From NCBI GenBank assembly GCA_963771465.1, contig CAVYTU010000015.1, positions 96,001-160,000 on the forward strand: a stretch of 64,000 nucleotides of DNA, read 5' to 3'. This DNA comes from an uncultured delta proteobacterium. Its GTDB lineage: Bacteria > Desulfobacterota > Binatia > UBA9968. Positions 40,681-49,428 of this stretch are shown here, piece after piece (within the stretch, counting starts at the first letter, position 1; each line of letters starts with the position of its first letter). The notes under the pieces are model-generated. The model was not told the DNA's origin. It searched no databases and worked only from the letters and a program-made list of their open reading frames with translations. A program made the translations under genes and the position numbers.

Positions 40681-41344
40681 ACTGGCATTTGGATTTGTCG
40701 CTGCCTTAGGTTTTGCCGCTGTAACTCTGAGCGAAATGCGCATAAGCAGCGCGGCGGACAGCAACGCCGCAGACGCGGTCATCGACGCGCTCCAGAAAAG
40801 CTATGACGCTACCACCGATTTCGTCGCCGACTTCCGCCAAGACACCGAAGTCAAAACCCTTAACCGCACCATGAAAGCGAACGGCAAACTGACTTTTAAG
40901 CGTCCTGGAAAAATGTTTTGGCGCTACGAAGAACCGAAGGATCAGTTTGTCATAACCGACGGCAAGCATCTTTATTTTTATCAGCCGGATCAGAATCAGG
41001 TAGTTAAGACTCCGCTGAAGAATGCCTTTCGCGGCGATATTCCGCTGTCGTTCCTGCTTGGTTTGGGCAACTTGAAAAAGGACTTCAATGCGACGCTCAA
41101 ATCTAGCGACGAGCGCGAAAACGTTTTGCGCCTCGAGCCCAAGGGCGAAGCCGGCGGCTTTAGCGAAGTCCTCGTCGGCGTGAGCAAGTCCGCTTCCGAC
41201 ATTGTCTGGGTGAGCGTGCGCGACGCCGCCGGCAATTTGACCACGCTGCGCTTTACCAATATGCGCAAAGGCGTCGGCGTCAATGACTCGCTGTTTCAAG
41301 TAAAGATTCCCAACGGCGCCGATGTCGTAGAGCTCGGGCAATAA
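40670..41344 (+). CDS. lolA: Outer-membrane lipoprotein carrier LolA
   Basis: ADFRQ, KRPGKMFWRYEEP, DGK.LYFY.PDQNQV; ftsK-lolA synteny. Confidence 0.88.
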   Translation: MKTKLAFGFVAALGFAAVTLSEMRISSAADSNAADAVIDALQKSYDATTDFVADFRQDTEVKTLNRTMKANGKLTFKRPGKMFWRYEEPKDQFVITDGKHLYFYQPDQNQVVKTPLKNAFRGDIPLSFLLGLGNLKKDFNATLKSSDERENVLRLEPKGEAGGFSEVLVGVSKSASDIVWVSVRDAAGNLTTLRFTNMRKGVGVNDSLFQVKIPNGADVVELGQ

Positions 41345-41346
41345 CT

Positions 41347-42705
41347 TTGGAAAAACGAAAATTCAGTATCGTCAGTTTAGGCTGCGCCCGTAACCTGGTC
41401 GACTCCGAGGTCATGGCCGGACTGCTGCAACGAAACCATTTTGAGATTGTCCAGGAGCCGGCCGACGCCGAAGTCGTACTGGTCAATACCTGCGGCTTCA
41501 TCGGTGCCGCCAAAGAAGAGTCCATTGACACCATCGTCGAAATGGGCCGTCTGAAGGACGAAGGAAAAGTTAAGAAACTCATCGTCGCCGGCTGCCTATC
41601 GCAGCGCTATCCGGAAGAGCTCGCTCGTGAGCTTCCTGAAGTCGATTTGTTTATCGGCACCGGCGAGGTGCCGCGCATCGTCGAAATCTTGCGCGAGAAT
41701 GAAGTCGACCCCGGCCGCCGCCAGCATGTCGGCGTACCGAGTTACATCTACGATCACGTGACACCGCGGCTTCGCAGCACGCCTTCGTACACGGCGTTTC
41801 TCAAGGTGTCCGAAGGGTGCGACCACAAATGCGCCTTTTGCATCATTCCCCAACTGCGCGGCCCGCACCGTAGCCGTTCCATCGACTCGGTGCTTGCCGA
41901 AGCCGCAGCGCTGGCCAAAAACGGCGTAAAAGAAATCAATCTCATCGCCCAGGACTTGACTGCCTTCGGCCGTGACCGCAAGGATGGCACGACGCTTTAC
42001 GGCTTATTGCGCGAACTGGATCGAGTTCCCAATCTCCTCTGGATTCGATTGCTTTATGCCTACCCGAACTTCCTCGATAAACCCCTGCTCGACCTCATCC
42101 GGAACGGCGACAAAATCTGTAAATATATCGACATCCCCTTCCAACATGTCAGCCGCTCCCTGCTCCAACGTATGCGCCGCGGCAAAAGCGGCAGCGAAGT
42201 GCGCGAGGCGGTTAAGCGACTCCGCGAAGCGATCCCAGGTCTGACACTCCGCACCTCGTTGATCGTCGGATTTCCCGGTGAAACCGAGGCGGACGTCGAG
42301 TCGCTGCTTGACTTCGTTGAGGAAACCCAATTCGAGCGGCTCGGGGTTTTTAAGTATTCCGAAGAAGAAGGTACGGCAGCAGCCCGCATGAATGGCACTG
42401 TTGACGAAGAAGAAAAAGAGCGCCGTTGGCAGGAAGTGATGGATTTGCAGTCCAAATTGTCGCGAAAAAAGAATGAGGCCTTGATTGGCACCAATCAGAG
42501 AGTTATGATTAATGGCATTGATCTTGACGCAAACAAACTTTCGGGTCGCACTCAGGCACATGCGCCAGAAGTGGATGGCCTGGTTTTTATAGAGGAATTT
42601 GGTCGTTTGACCGACTCAAAACAACCCGAACCTGGAGCGATGACAGACGTCAGGATCACGACCGCATATGATTACGACTTAGTTGGTGAGATAACCCATG
42701 GCTAA
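41347..42705 (+). CDS. rimO: Ribosomal protein S12 methylthiotransferase
   Basis: SLGCARNLVDSE, NTCGFI, GCDHKCAFC, APEVDG, TRAM domain. Confidence 0.94.
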   Translation: MEKRKFSIVSLGCARNLVDSEVMAGLLQRNHFEIVQEPADAEVVLVNTCGFIGAAKEESIDTIVEMGRLKDEGKVKKLIVAGCLSQRYPEELARELPEVDLFIGTGEVPRIVEILRENEVDPGRRQHVGVPSYIYDHVTPRLRSTPSYTAFLKVSEGCDHKCAFCIIPQLRGPHRSRSIDSVLAEAAALAKNGVKEINLIAQDLTAFGRDRKDGTTLYGLLRELDRVPNLLWIRLLYAYPNFLDKPLLDLIRNGDKICKYIDIPFQHVSRSLLQRMRRGKSGSEVREAVKRLREAIPGLTLRTSLIVGFPGETEADVESLLDFVEETQFERLGVFKYSEEEGTAAARMNGTVDEEEKERRWQEVMDLQSKLSRKKNEALIGTNQRVMINGIDLDANKLSGRTQAHAPEVDGLVFIEEFGRLTDSKQPEPGAMTDVRITTAYDYDLVGEITHG

Positions 42706-43156
42706 AGCTGATCCAGATAAAGAAAAAAAACAGCGTAGAGAGTTCCTCAAGCAGGCAGCCGAGATGCTCCAGGACATGAAACGGGACCTGAGCAAGGAAA
42801 TGCAGGACCGGGTCAAAGGCGAGACAGAGGGTGTCAAAGATGAGGGGCGCGACACCTACGACCTTGCGAGCGACGAACGCGACCGCGAGATCAACTTCAT
42901 TCTCAACGACCGGGAACGGGAGAAGCTCGTCGCCATCGACGAAGCGCTGCAACGCATCAAAGAGAAATCCTACGGCATTTGCGAGAGCTGCGAAGGCGAG
43001 ATCCAGCTGGGCCGCTTAAAAATTCTGCCGTTTACCCGGCTCTGTGTGAAATGTCAGGAAGAAAACGAGCGGGAAAGCAAGCGGCAAAAAACCCTCGATG
43101 AAGAACGCGGTTACCGACGGCTTGTGCTAACCGACTTCGAAGAGGAAGGCTCCTAG
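42698..43156 (+). CDS. dksA: DksA/TraR C4 zinc-finger protein
   Basis: DTYDLA coiled-coil tip (DxxDxA), YGICESC...CVKC. Confidence 0.82.
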   Translation: MAKADPDKEKKQRREFLKQAAEMLQDMKRDLSKEMQDRVKGETEGVKDEGRDTYDLASDERDREINFILNDREREKLVAIDEALQRIKEKSYGICESCEGEIQLGRLKILPFTRLCVKCQEENERESKRQKTLDEERGYRRLVLTDFEEEGS

Positions 43157-43180
43157 TCGTCCACAGCGACAATAGGCATT

Positions 43181-43213
43181 AAAAAAAGGCGCGGTGAAAA
43201 CCGCGCCTTTTTT
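43181..43213. terminator. Bidirectional intrinsic terminator
   Basis: AAAAAAAGGCGCGGT-GAA-AACCGCGCCTTTTTT between convergent genes. Confidence 0.88.
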
Positions 43214-43238
43214 ATTCTTCTCGTATAGATTGAGCGGC

Positions 43239-43622
43239 CTACTCGCCCTTGGCCGGAACGAATTCCATTTTGGATAGAAAATTCTTCTCACCCTTGGTGA
43301 CATACTCCACGGTTGCTGATGATCCCAAGCCGACGTCCGCCATCTTAACTTTCGTCTCCTTGATTTCTGTGGCTTTGGTCTTTGCGTTGAAGTCCAGGGT
43401 GACGAGCTTGCCTTCCTTGGTTACTACGATCATGTAATTCTTCTCAGTATCTAGCAGACCTATATCACCCGCAATTTTCTCAGCCTTGGCTTTTGCCGGT
43501 TCGGCCTTCTTTTCTTCTGACTTTTTTTCTTCCGCCTTTTTTTCTTGCGCAATGACTGGCAGGGCGAGAACCCCCGCGACCAACAACGCGATCACAGCGG
43601 CAATCTTCGAATTGGCTCTCAT
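43239..43622 (-). CDS. Small secreted protein, K/E/A-rich linker plus beta-rich (OB-fold-like) domain, copy A
   Basis: Signal peptide ...PVIA-QEKK; domain AGDIGLLDTEKNYMIVVTKEGKLVTLDF...EFVPAKGE. Confidence 0.75.
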   Translation of the reverse strand: MRANSKIAAVIALLVAGVLALPVIAQEKKAEEKKSEEKKAEPAKAKAEKIAGDIGLLDTEKNYMIVVTKEGKLVTLDFNAKTKATEIKETKVKMADVGLGSSATVEYVTKGEKNFLSKMEFVPAKGE

Positions 43623-44049
43623 TTCTGTTTCCTCCTGATTGATGACATGTCACGTAAAGTTCGGCAGCGCGTTACTCGCCCTTGGCCGGCAGGAATTCGA
43701 TGCTTGATGCGAGGTTCTTTTCGCCTTCCTTAGTGTATTGAACCGTGGCCGATGACCCGAGACCGATATCGGCGACCTTAGCAGGCTCAAAGTCTTTCTG
43801 CGTCGGCTGAAACTTGGCATCGAAATCGAGCGTCACGAGCTTGCCTTCCTTTGTGACCAGAATCATGTAGTTCTTTTCCGTGTCGAGCAACCCGACATCG
43901 CCCGCCAACTTGGTCGCCTTGGCCTTTTCTGCCGCCTTTTCTCCCGGAGCTTTTTCCGCCGGAGCTTTGGCTTCGGCTTTTGCCGCAGGCGCCGGCGCGG
44001 GTGCTGGTTTTGGCGCCATCTCCTCTTGCGTCGAACAGGACGCAAGCGC
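43239..44049 (+). repeat. Direct repeat copy A (811 bp), matches 46336-47146
   Basis: Constant offset 3097; six mismatches found by eye (43332, 43943, 43954, 43987, 44032, 44042). Confidence 0.95.
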
Positions 44050-44097
44050 AAACAAAGAAGCCGCCGCTAGTGCGCCGGTTGAAAACAAATTTTTCAT
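43672..44097 (-). CDS. Small lipoprotein paralogous to the neighbour, copy A
   Basis: Lipobox LASC; P/A/K linker; AGDVGLLDTEKNYMILVTKEGKLVTLDF...EFLPAKGE; GGAGG RBS. Confidence 0.78.
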   Translation of the reverse strand: MKNLFSTGALAAASLFALASCSTQEEMAPKPAPAPAPAAKAEAKAPAEKAPGEKAAEKAKATKLAGDVGLLDTEKNYMILVTKEGKLVTLDFDAKFQPTQKDFEPAKVADIGLGSSATVQYTKEGEKNLASSIEFLPAKGE

Positions 44098-44210
44098 CTG
44101 ACCTCCGTACAAAACTAGGATTTACCTGGGATTGTGAGGATACTTATCGTGAGCCTGTTGTCATCTCAATACGCTTTAGGTAGGATTTTTCTCGCTCAGC
44201 CTCTGATTGA

Positions 44211-44226
44211 TACGACTCAAGTCTTA
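44211..44226. promoter_or_regulatory. Pseudo-palindromic operator-like motif in a divergent promoter region
   Basis: TACGACTCAAGTCTTA; reverse complement resembles 47220-47235 and 47240-47255. Confidence 0.55.
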
Positions 44227-44332
44227 ACCCATCGCTGCGACTAAATAAAAATGTTCATTTGCATGACTAGAAATTTGGTATATGTCTACTAGCGCTACGA
44301 CTAGAGACGGAACAGTAGCGGGAGAACTGAAG

Positions 44333-45007
44333 ATGTCACCGATTAAAGCCGTAATAGCCGACGATCACGCGTTATTTCGCGACGGACTAAGAAAGCTTCT
44401 CGCGCTCGAAAAGGACATCCTCGTTGTTGGCGAAGTTTCGAATGGCGATGATATCGGCAAAGTCGTCGAGCGGATAAAGCCCGACATCATGCTCTTGGAT
44501 CTAAAAATGCCTAAGGGCGACATGGTACAGAACCTTCTCGAAATCGCGGCACACAGCCCAGCGACTCGGGTTATGATCCTGACCGCCTTCTCTGATGAAG
44601 AAAACGTTCTCAATGCCGCCAAAGGCGGCGCCAAAGGCTACGTCACCAAGGGCGTGCCCTCGGCGACGCTGGTTCAAGCGATCAAAATCGTCTATGGCGG
44701 CGGCATTTGGGTCGACAAGGAAATTCCCTCCTGGGAGATATTTGAAGAAATCGCGCAGGCGCAATCGCAGTCGCAATCCCAAATCCGCGACGCGGCGCCG
44801 CAGGTGGACGAGAGCATCAAAGCGTTAACCAAACGGGAGTTGGAGATCCTACGGCTCGTCGCCGAAGGCCTGACCAACGAGGAGATCGGCAAGAAGATCT
44901 TCATCAGCGAAAAAACCGTCAAAACTCATCTTACGAATATATTCGACAAGCTAAAAGTGAATAACAGATTCAAAGCAGCGCTCATGTTGATGGGCCATGC
45001 ACACTAA
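44333..45007 (+). CDS. NarL/LuxR-family response regulator
   Basis: IADDH, LLDLKMP, ILT, GYVTK; HTH LTKRELEIL..VAEGLTN.EI...ISEKTVKTHL. Confidence 0.93.
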   Translation: MSPIKAVIADDHALFRDGLRKLLALEKDILVVGEVSNGDDIGKVVERIKPDIMLLDLKMPKGDMVQNLLEIAAHSPATRVMILTAFSDEENVLNAAKGGAKGYVTKGVPSATLVQAIKIVYGGGIWVDKEIPSWEIFEEIAQAQSQSQSQIRDAAPQVDESIKALTKRELEILRLVAEGLTNEEIGKKIFISEKTVKTHLTNIFDKLKVNNRFKAALMLMGHAH

Positions 45008-45074
45008 GCTGAACTAGTGGCGCAAAAGAAAAAAGAACTTACCGCGGTTTCGTTTCCGAAAGCCAATTTCAAGC

Positions 45075-46265
45075 ATGGCGTTTAGCGAGAAACCCGCGAT
45101 CGAGCAAGACTGGATTCTGCGGAGGGAAAAGGCGGTAACTTGGCTCCGCGTTGGATTCGCCGCGGTCGCCATCGCGGTCATCCAACTTAACCCGGACCGA
45201 GTCGCGCACTTTCCATCTCTTTCGGCTTTTACGCTTTGGTCGTTTTTCCTATACAGCGTCGTCGCGCTCTATTTGAGTTCGGAGAACTGGCGCAAAGCCA
45301 GCCGCATCGGTGCAATCTCCACATCGCTGGACGTTGTTTGGATCGCCCTGATCGTTTTCTCTACCGGCGGCACGCGCACGCCGTTTTTTTTCTACTATAC
45401 CTTTCCGGTCATTACCGCGGGTTTACGTTGGGGTTTAAGAGGGAGCGTCCCCGTCGCGTTCATCGGCGTCGTCGTCTACGCCATCATGCGTCTGACCTTG
45501 ACCGCCGAATCCGGCGATTCGCCGATCGAAATAGACACCATTGTCGTGCGCAGCTTCTATCTGATTTTGCTCGGGTGCGTATTCGGCTACATCAGTGAAT
45601 TCGAGAAAAAACAGAATCAAAAACTCCTCGCCCTCTCGAAAACCGCAGGGCAAGTCGCCGCCTTGCAGGAACGGCGACGGATTATGTACGAGCTGCACGA
45701 CGGGATTCTGCAGTCCCTGGCAACATTAATTTTACGCCTGGAAGGATGCCGCAGCCGGATGCCGCAATCCGAGGCGGAGATCGATCGAGAGCTCCGAGAT
45801 ATCGAAGAATTGACGCGCAGCTCGATGAAAGAAATTCGCCAGTTTCTTGCCGGCAGGGATACCCATCCACTGATCCACGGCACGCTCAGTGAACGAGTGC
45901 GCGATGAGTTGCAATTTTTGCGCGACGGATTGGGCGTAGGAGCGATCCTAGAAACCGAACCGGAAGATCTCGAACTGCCGCCTGATGTAGAACGGGAAGT
46001 CTATTATGTTCTTCGCGAAGGGTTGACCAATATCACGCGTCACTCGCACGCGGCGTGCGCCGAAATACACTTGCGCCAGCGCGAAAAAACTCTTGAAGGA
46101 ACGTTAGTCGATGATGGTGTCGGAATGAATCTTCAGTCCAACAGCCCCGTTCACGGCGTGGGACTAAGTAGCATGAAGGAACGAATCGAAAAACTCGGGG
46201 GAGAATTTGTGATCAAATCCTCCCCCGGAACCGGAACAAAAATTACTTTTTCACTGCCGCTTTGA
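45075..46265 (+). CDS. Membrane sensor histidine kinase (HisKA_3)
   Basis: Multi-TM N-terminus; ERRRIMYELHDGILQSL; EGLTNITRHS, DDGVG, GLSSMKER, PGTGT. Confidence 0.92.
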   Translation: MAFSEKPAIEQDWILRREKAVTWLRVGFAAVAIAVIQLNPDRVAHFPSLSAFTLWSFFLYSVVALYLSSENWRKASRIGAISTSLDVVWIALIVFSTGGTRTPFFFYYTFPVITAGLRWGLRGSVPVAFIGVVVYAIMRLTLTAESGDSPIEIDTIVVRSFYLILLGCVFGYISEFEKKQNQKLLALSKTAGQVAALQERRRIMYELHDGILQSLATLILRLEGCRSRMPQSEAEIDRELRDIEELTRSSMKEIRQFLAGRDTHPLIHGTLSERVRDELQFLRDGLGVGAILETEPEDLELPPDVEREVYYVLREGLTNITRHSHAACAEIHLRQREKTLEGTLVDDGVGMNLQSNSPVHGVGLSSMKERIEKLGGEFVIKSSPGTGTKITFSLPL

Positions 46266-46335
46266 CGCTGCGCCAAGCGGGTATTAACAGTTAAAAGTTG
46301 ACCGCCGCATCAGACTTAAAATAGTGGTCCGTCAG

Positions 46336-46719
46336 CTACTCGCCCTTGGCCGGAACGAATTCCATTTTGGATAGAAAATTCTTCTCACCCTTGGTGACAT
46401 ACTCCACGGTTGCTGATGATCCCAAGCCAACGTCCGCCATCTTAACTTTCGTCTCCTTGATTTCTGTGGCTTTGGTCTTTGCGTTGAAGTCCAGGGTGAC
46501 GAGCTTGCCTTCCTTGGTTACTACGATCATGTAATTCTTCTCAGTATCTAGCAGACCTATATCACCCGCAATTTTCTCAGCCTTGGCTTTTGCCGGTTCG
46601 GCCTTCTTTTCTTCTGACTTTTTTTCTTCCGCCTTTTTTTCTTGCGCAATGACTGGCAGGGCGAGAACCCCCGCGACCAACAACGCGATCACAGCGGCAA
46701 TCTTCGAATTGGCTCTCAT
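46336..46719 (-). CDS. Small secreted protein, copy B (protein identical to copy A)
   Basis: Identical 127-aa translation. Confidence 0.75.
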   Translation of the reverse strand: MRANSKIAAVIALLVAGVLALPVIAQEKKAEEKKSEEKKAEPAKAKAEKIAGDIGLLDTEKNYMIVVTKEGKLVTLDFNAKTKATEIKETKVKMADVGLGSSATVEYVTKGEKNFLSKMEFVPAKGE

Positions 46720-47146
46720 TTCTGTTTCCTCCTGATTGATGACATGTCACGTAAAGTTCGGCAGCGCGTTACTCGCCCTTGGCCGGCAGGAATTCGATGC
46801 TTGATGCGAGGTTCTTTTCGCCTTCCTTAGTGTATTGAACCGTGGCCGATGACCCGAGACCGATATCGGCGACCTTAGCAGGCTCAAAGTCTTTCTGCGT
46901 CGGCTGAAACTTGGCATCGAAATCGAGCGTCACGAGCTTGCCTTCCTTTGTGACCAGAATCATGTAGTTCTTTTCCGTGTCGAGCAACCCGACATCGCCC
47001 GCCAACTTGGTCGCCTTGGCCTTTTCTGCCGCCTTTTCTTCCGGAGCTTTCTCCGCCGGAGCTTTGGCTTCGGCTTTTGCCGCTGGCGCCGGCGCGGGTG
47101 CTGGTTTTGGCGCCATCTCCTCTTGCGTGGAACAGGACACAAGCGC
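46336..47146 (+). repeat. Direct repeat copy B (811 bp)
   Basis: Near-identical to 43239-44049. Confidence 0.95.
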
Positions 47147-47200
47147 GAAAATTGCCGTCACCGCTGCGGTCGAGCCGACCATTGAGATAATTTTTTTCAT
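46769..47200 (-). CDS. Small lipoprotein, copy B (different signal peptide)
   Basis: Lipobox LVSC; mature part differs from copy A by one residue (G/E). Confidence 0.78.
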   Translation of the reverse strand: MKKIISMVGSTAAVTAIFALVSCSTQEEMAPKPAPAPAPAAKAEAKAPAEKAPEEKAAEKAKATKLAGDVGLLDTEKNYMILVTKEGKLVTLDFDAKFQPTQKDFEPAKVADIGLGSSATVQYTKEGEKNLASSIEFLPAKGE

Positions 47201-47219
47201 TGTTGCCTCTCCAAGATTT

Positions 47220-47255
47220 TAAGACTTAAGTCGGGTGTATAAGTCATAAGTCGTA
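47220..47255. promoter_or_regulatory. Tandem pair of operator-like motifs
   Basis: TAAGACTTAAGTCGGG and TAAGTCATAAGTCGTA, 20-bp period, directly upstream of lipoprotein copy B. Confidence 0.6.
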
Positions 47256-47387
47256 TACTTTACGTTGCCAAGTATTGTCAAGCGGATAAAAAGGGATTTT
47301 TCAAAGTTAGCGTCGAGCGAATGGGCTTCGCCGCTACCAGGAAATCAGACGTCGGATTATTGCCTCCAGCCGATGGCACAATCTTTT

Positions 47388-47985
47388 CTAGAGGGTTGGC
47401 CGCGGACGAATTTCAACGAAACGGTCGCGACGATTTCGTTGGTAACAAGCCTCCGAGGCTTCTCGGCACGCCGTCAGTTCCTCACCATAACTGATGGTTT
47501 CATGCGCGCCGGATTGACCGCTAACACCGCGAAATAATCCATCGCTGAGCGCGCTCGTTTCGCCCCAAGCGCTAAATTATATTCCGTCGTGCCGCGCTCG
47601 TCGCAGTGACCTTCGATCTCGACAGTGTAGCGGGATTCGCTTTAAGCCAGTCGGCGTTCGTCTTGAGCATCGCTCGTGCGTCAGCATTCAACGCGAAGCT
47701 GTCGAAATCGAAGTAGATCGATTTCATCGGCCCTTCGGCCGCCGCCTTACCGTCGCGCAGCGCATCCAAGCTGGACCCCGTGCGGGCGTCGCGCGCCGAG
47801 AGATCGGATTGCCCTGGAACAGGCTTGTTCGGAGTTTTCGCAAGAACCGGAGTTGCAGCTGCGCTGGCGGCAGGCTGCGGTTTTTTGGCGGTCTCGGCCG
47901 CACACCCGCCGATAAAGAGCGCCACAAAGATCGTCAGCACGCATCTGATACTCTTCAACCAAAATTTAGTCGGCTTGTTCTTCAT
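47388..47985 (-). pseudogene. pal: Peptidoglycan-associated lipoprotein (OmpA_C) with two single-base deletions
   Basis: Lipobox IGGC; IYFDFDS; after shifts at ~47625 and ~47498: [24 protein letters not shown]...TISYGEE...QRNRRDRF, stop 47388-47390. Confidence 0.85.
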
Positions 47986-48093
47986 AAGCCCTCCTTGCAA
48001 AGTTTCTGACAAAATATAATTTGTAAATCACTGGCAATTATTTTTTACGCCTTAAGGAGCACAATATCAAACCAAAGTCGCAGTTACTGCTCG

Positions 48094-48276
48094 ACCCTGG
48101 TTGGTTTCGCCGCCGTCACCATCGTGCTTTTCTCGGAACACCGCATCGTTTCACCGAATGACTTTTCACGGATCAATCGCGCTTTCTTTGACTACAACGC
48201 CTACGTCAGTATCGGCCACATTCTCGCCACTCTCACCGACTCCATCCTGAACTCCAGAGGCGGCACCATGCGATGA
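48094..48276 (+). pseudogene. 3' remnant of a UbiA/MqnP-type prenyltransferase
   Basis: TLVGFAAVTIVLFSEHRIVSPNDFSRINRAFFDYNAYVSIG resembles the MqnP C-terminus; stop overlaps the next ATG (ATGA); no 5' part. Confidence 0.65.
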
Positions 48277-49061
48277 GCCTAACGCTCGTCGCCACTTTAG
48301 TCGGTCTCGGCGCAGCCGGAGGCTTTTCCGCCGGCCTTTTAGGAGTCGGCGGCGGTGTGTTGATGTTTCCGTTGCTCTATTACGTCCCGCCCTTGCTTGG
48401 CATTGACCGTATGGATGCCAAGACGGTCGCCGCCATTGTTGTGAGTCAGGTGTTTTTTTCTACGCTTACGGGCGGCATCGCACATTTCCGCAGTGGCCGA
48501 GTACAAACCCGCATGGCCGTAACCGCCGGGATAATTTCCGCCATCACCGCGTTTGCCGGCAGCGTCGCCTCCCAATGGGCGTCCGAACGGTTCCTGCTCG
48601 TGTTGTTCGGCGTCGTCACGGTTATAGTCGTAGTCATGATGCTCTTGCCTGTCCCGAGCAGGAAAAGAACACGGCCGTCGGCGATGTCAGCGTACCATCC
48701 TTGCCGCTTGCCGTTTACTCGTCCTCTGACGGGCATCGTCATCGGATTTTTGGGTGCCGGCAACTTCATCTTTGTGCCGATTTTAATTTATCTCCTACGG
48801 GTGCCGACGCGAACTGCAATCGGCAGTAACCTCGTAGTCGCGATCATGAGTACGGCGAGCGGATTTCTCGGCAAACTGGTAACCGGCCAAATTCCATTGC
48901 TCGCCGCGGTGCTCGTGGTTGCCGGCGCCGTATTGGGCGCATTAGCGGGAGAACGTGTTCATAGACGCCTTTCGAGCGAGACGCTGCGGCGAATCTATGC
49001 CGCGCTGGTCGCTCTCATCGCTATCAGAATCTGGCTCACGATTCTCGGATTGGACAGTTAA
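48273..49061 (+). CDS. TSUP/TauE/SafE-family exporter, possibly with two compensating frameshifts
   Basis: GFSAGLLGVGGG.L.FP; second repeat GFLGAGNFIFVP..IY.LRVPTR.AIGS; residues at 48653-48725 read more plausibly in another frame. Confidence 0.8.
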   Translation: MSLTLVATLVGLGAAGGFSAGLLGVGGGVLMFPLLYYVPPLLGIDRMDAKTVAAIVVSQVFFSTLTGGIAHFRSGRVQTRMAVTAGIISAITAFAGSVASQWASERFLLVLFGVVTVIVVVMMLLPVPSRKRTRPSAMSAYHPCRLPFTRPLTGIVIGFLGAGNFIFVPILIYLLRVPTRTAIGSNLVVAIMSTASGFLGKLVTGQIPLLAAVLVVAGAVLGALAGERVHRRLSSETLRRIYAALVALIAIRIWLTILGLDS

Positions 49062-49079
49062 CTATGGTTTGAATTCGCG

Positions 49080-49379
49080 GCCCGCGCCCTTCGCGTGACG
49101 AGAGATCGAGATGCCTGCGGTTGCTTTGCTCGGAGCTACCGTGGGCCTGGAGTGGTTAAAGCGGTGGCGGCGCCCTACGGGTTTTTCGCGGCCGCGGTCG
49201 CACGACCACCGATCAATAGCGCCGCGAAGATTGTAAGCGCGCACGCTTGTGTTGCACCGAAAATCTCTTCGCCTGGTTCTCCAGAAGCTCTCCTGCCAAA
49301 TTTCTTGTCGTCACCGTGACGCGCTCATCACCGACAAATCCTTTTGGCTAGAGGAGCGAGATTTCAAACTAAAGTCGCA
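49080..49379 (-). pseudogene. Degraded duplicate of the pal 5' end and its upstream region
   Basis: LTIFAALLIGGR..AAKNP-stop vs pal LTIFVALFIGGC..TAKKPQ; upstream TCAAACTAAAGTCGCA vs TCAAACCAAAGTCGCA at similar spacing. Confidence 0.7.
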
Positions 49380-49428
49380 TTGAGAGCAGTAGAAATCACC
49401 ACCTCCATGCGCTACTACCCTTGGCAAA

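Noticed and set aside
43239-47146. 811-bp direct repeats as IS ends or a composite transposon
   Set aside because: They encode secreted proteins; no transposase, terminal inverted repeats or target-site duplication seen
43239-47146. Repeats as the template and variable regions of a diversity-generating retroelement
   Set aside because: Too long, mismatches are not adenine-specific, and no reverse transcriptase is in the window
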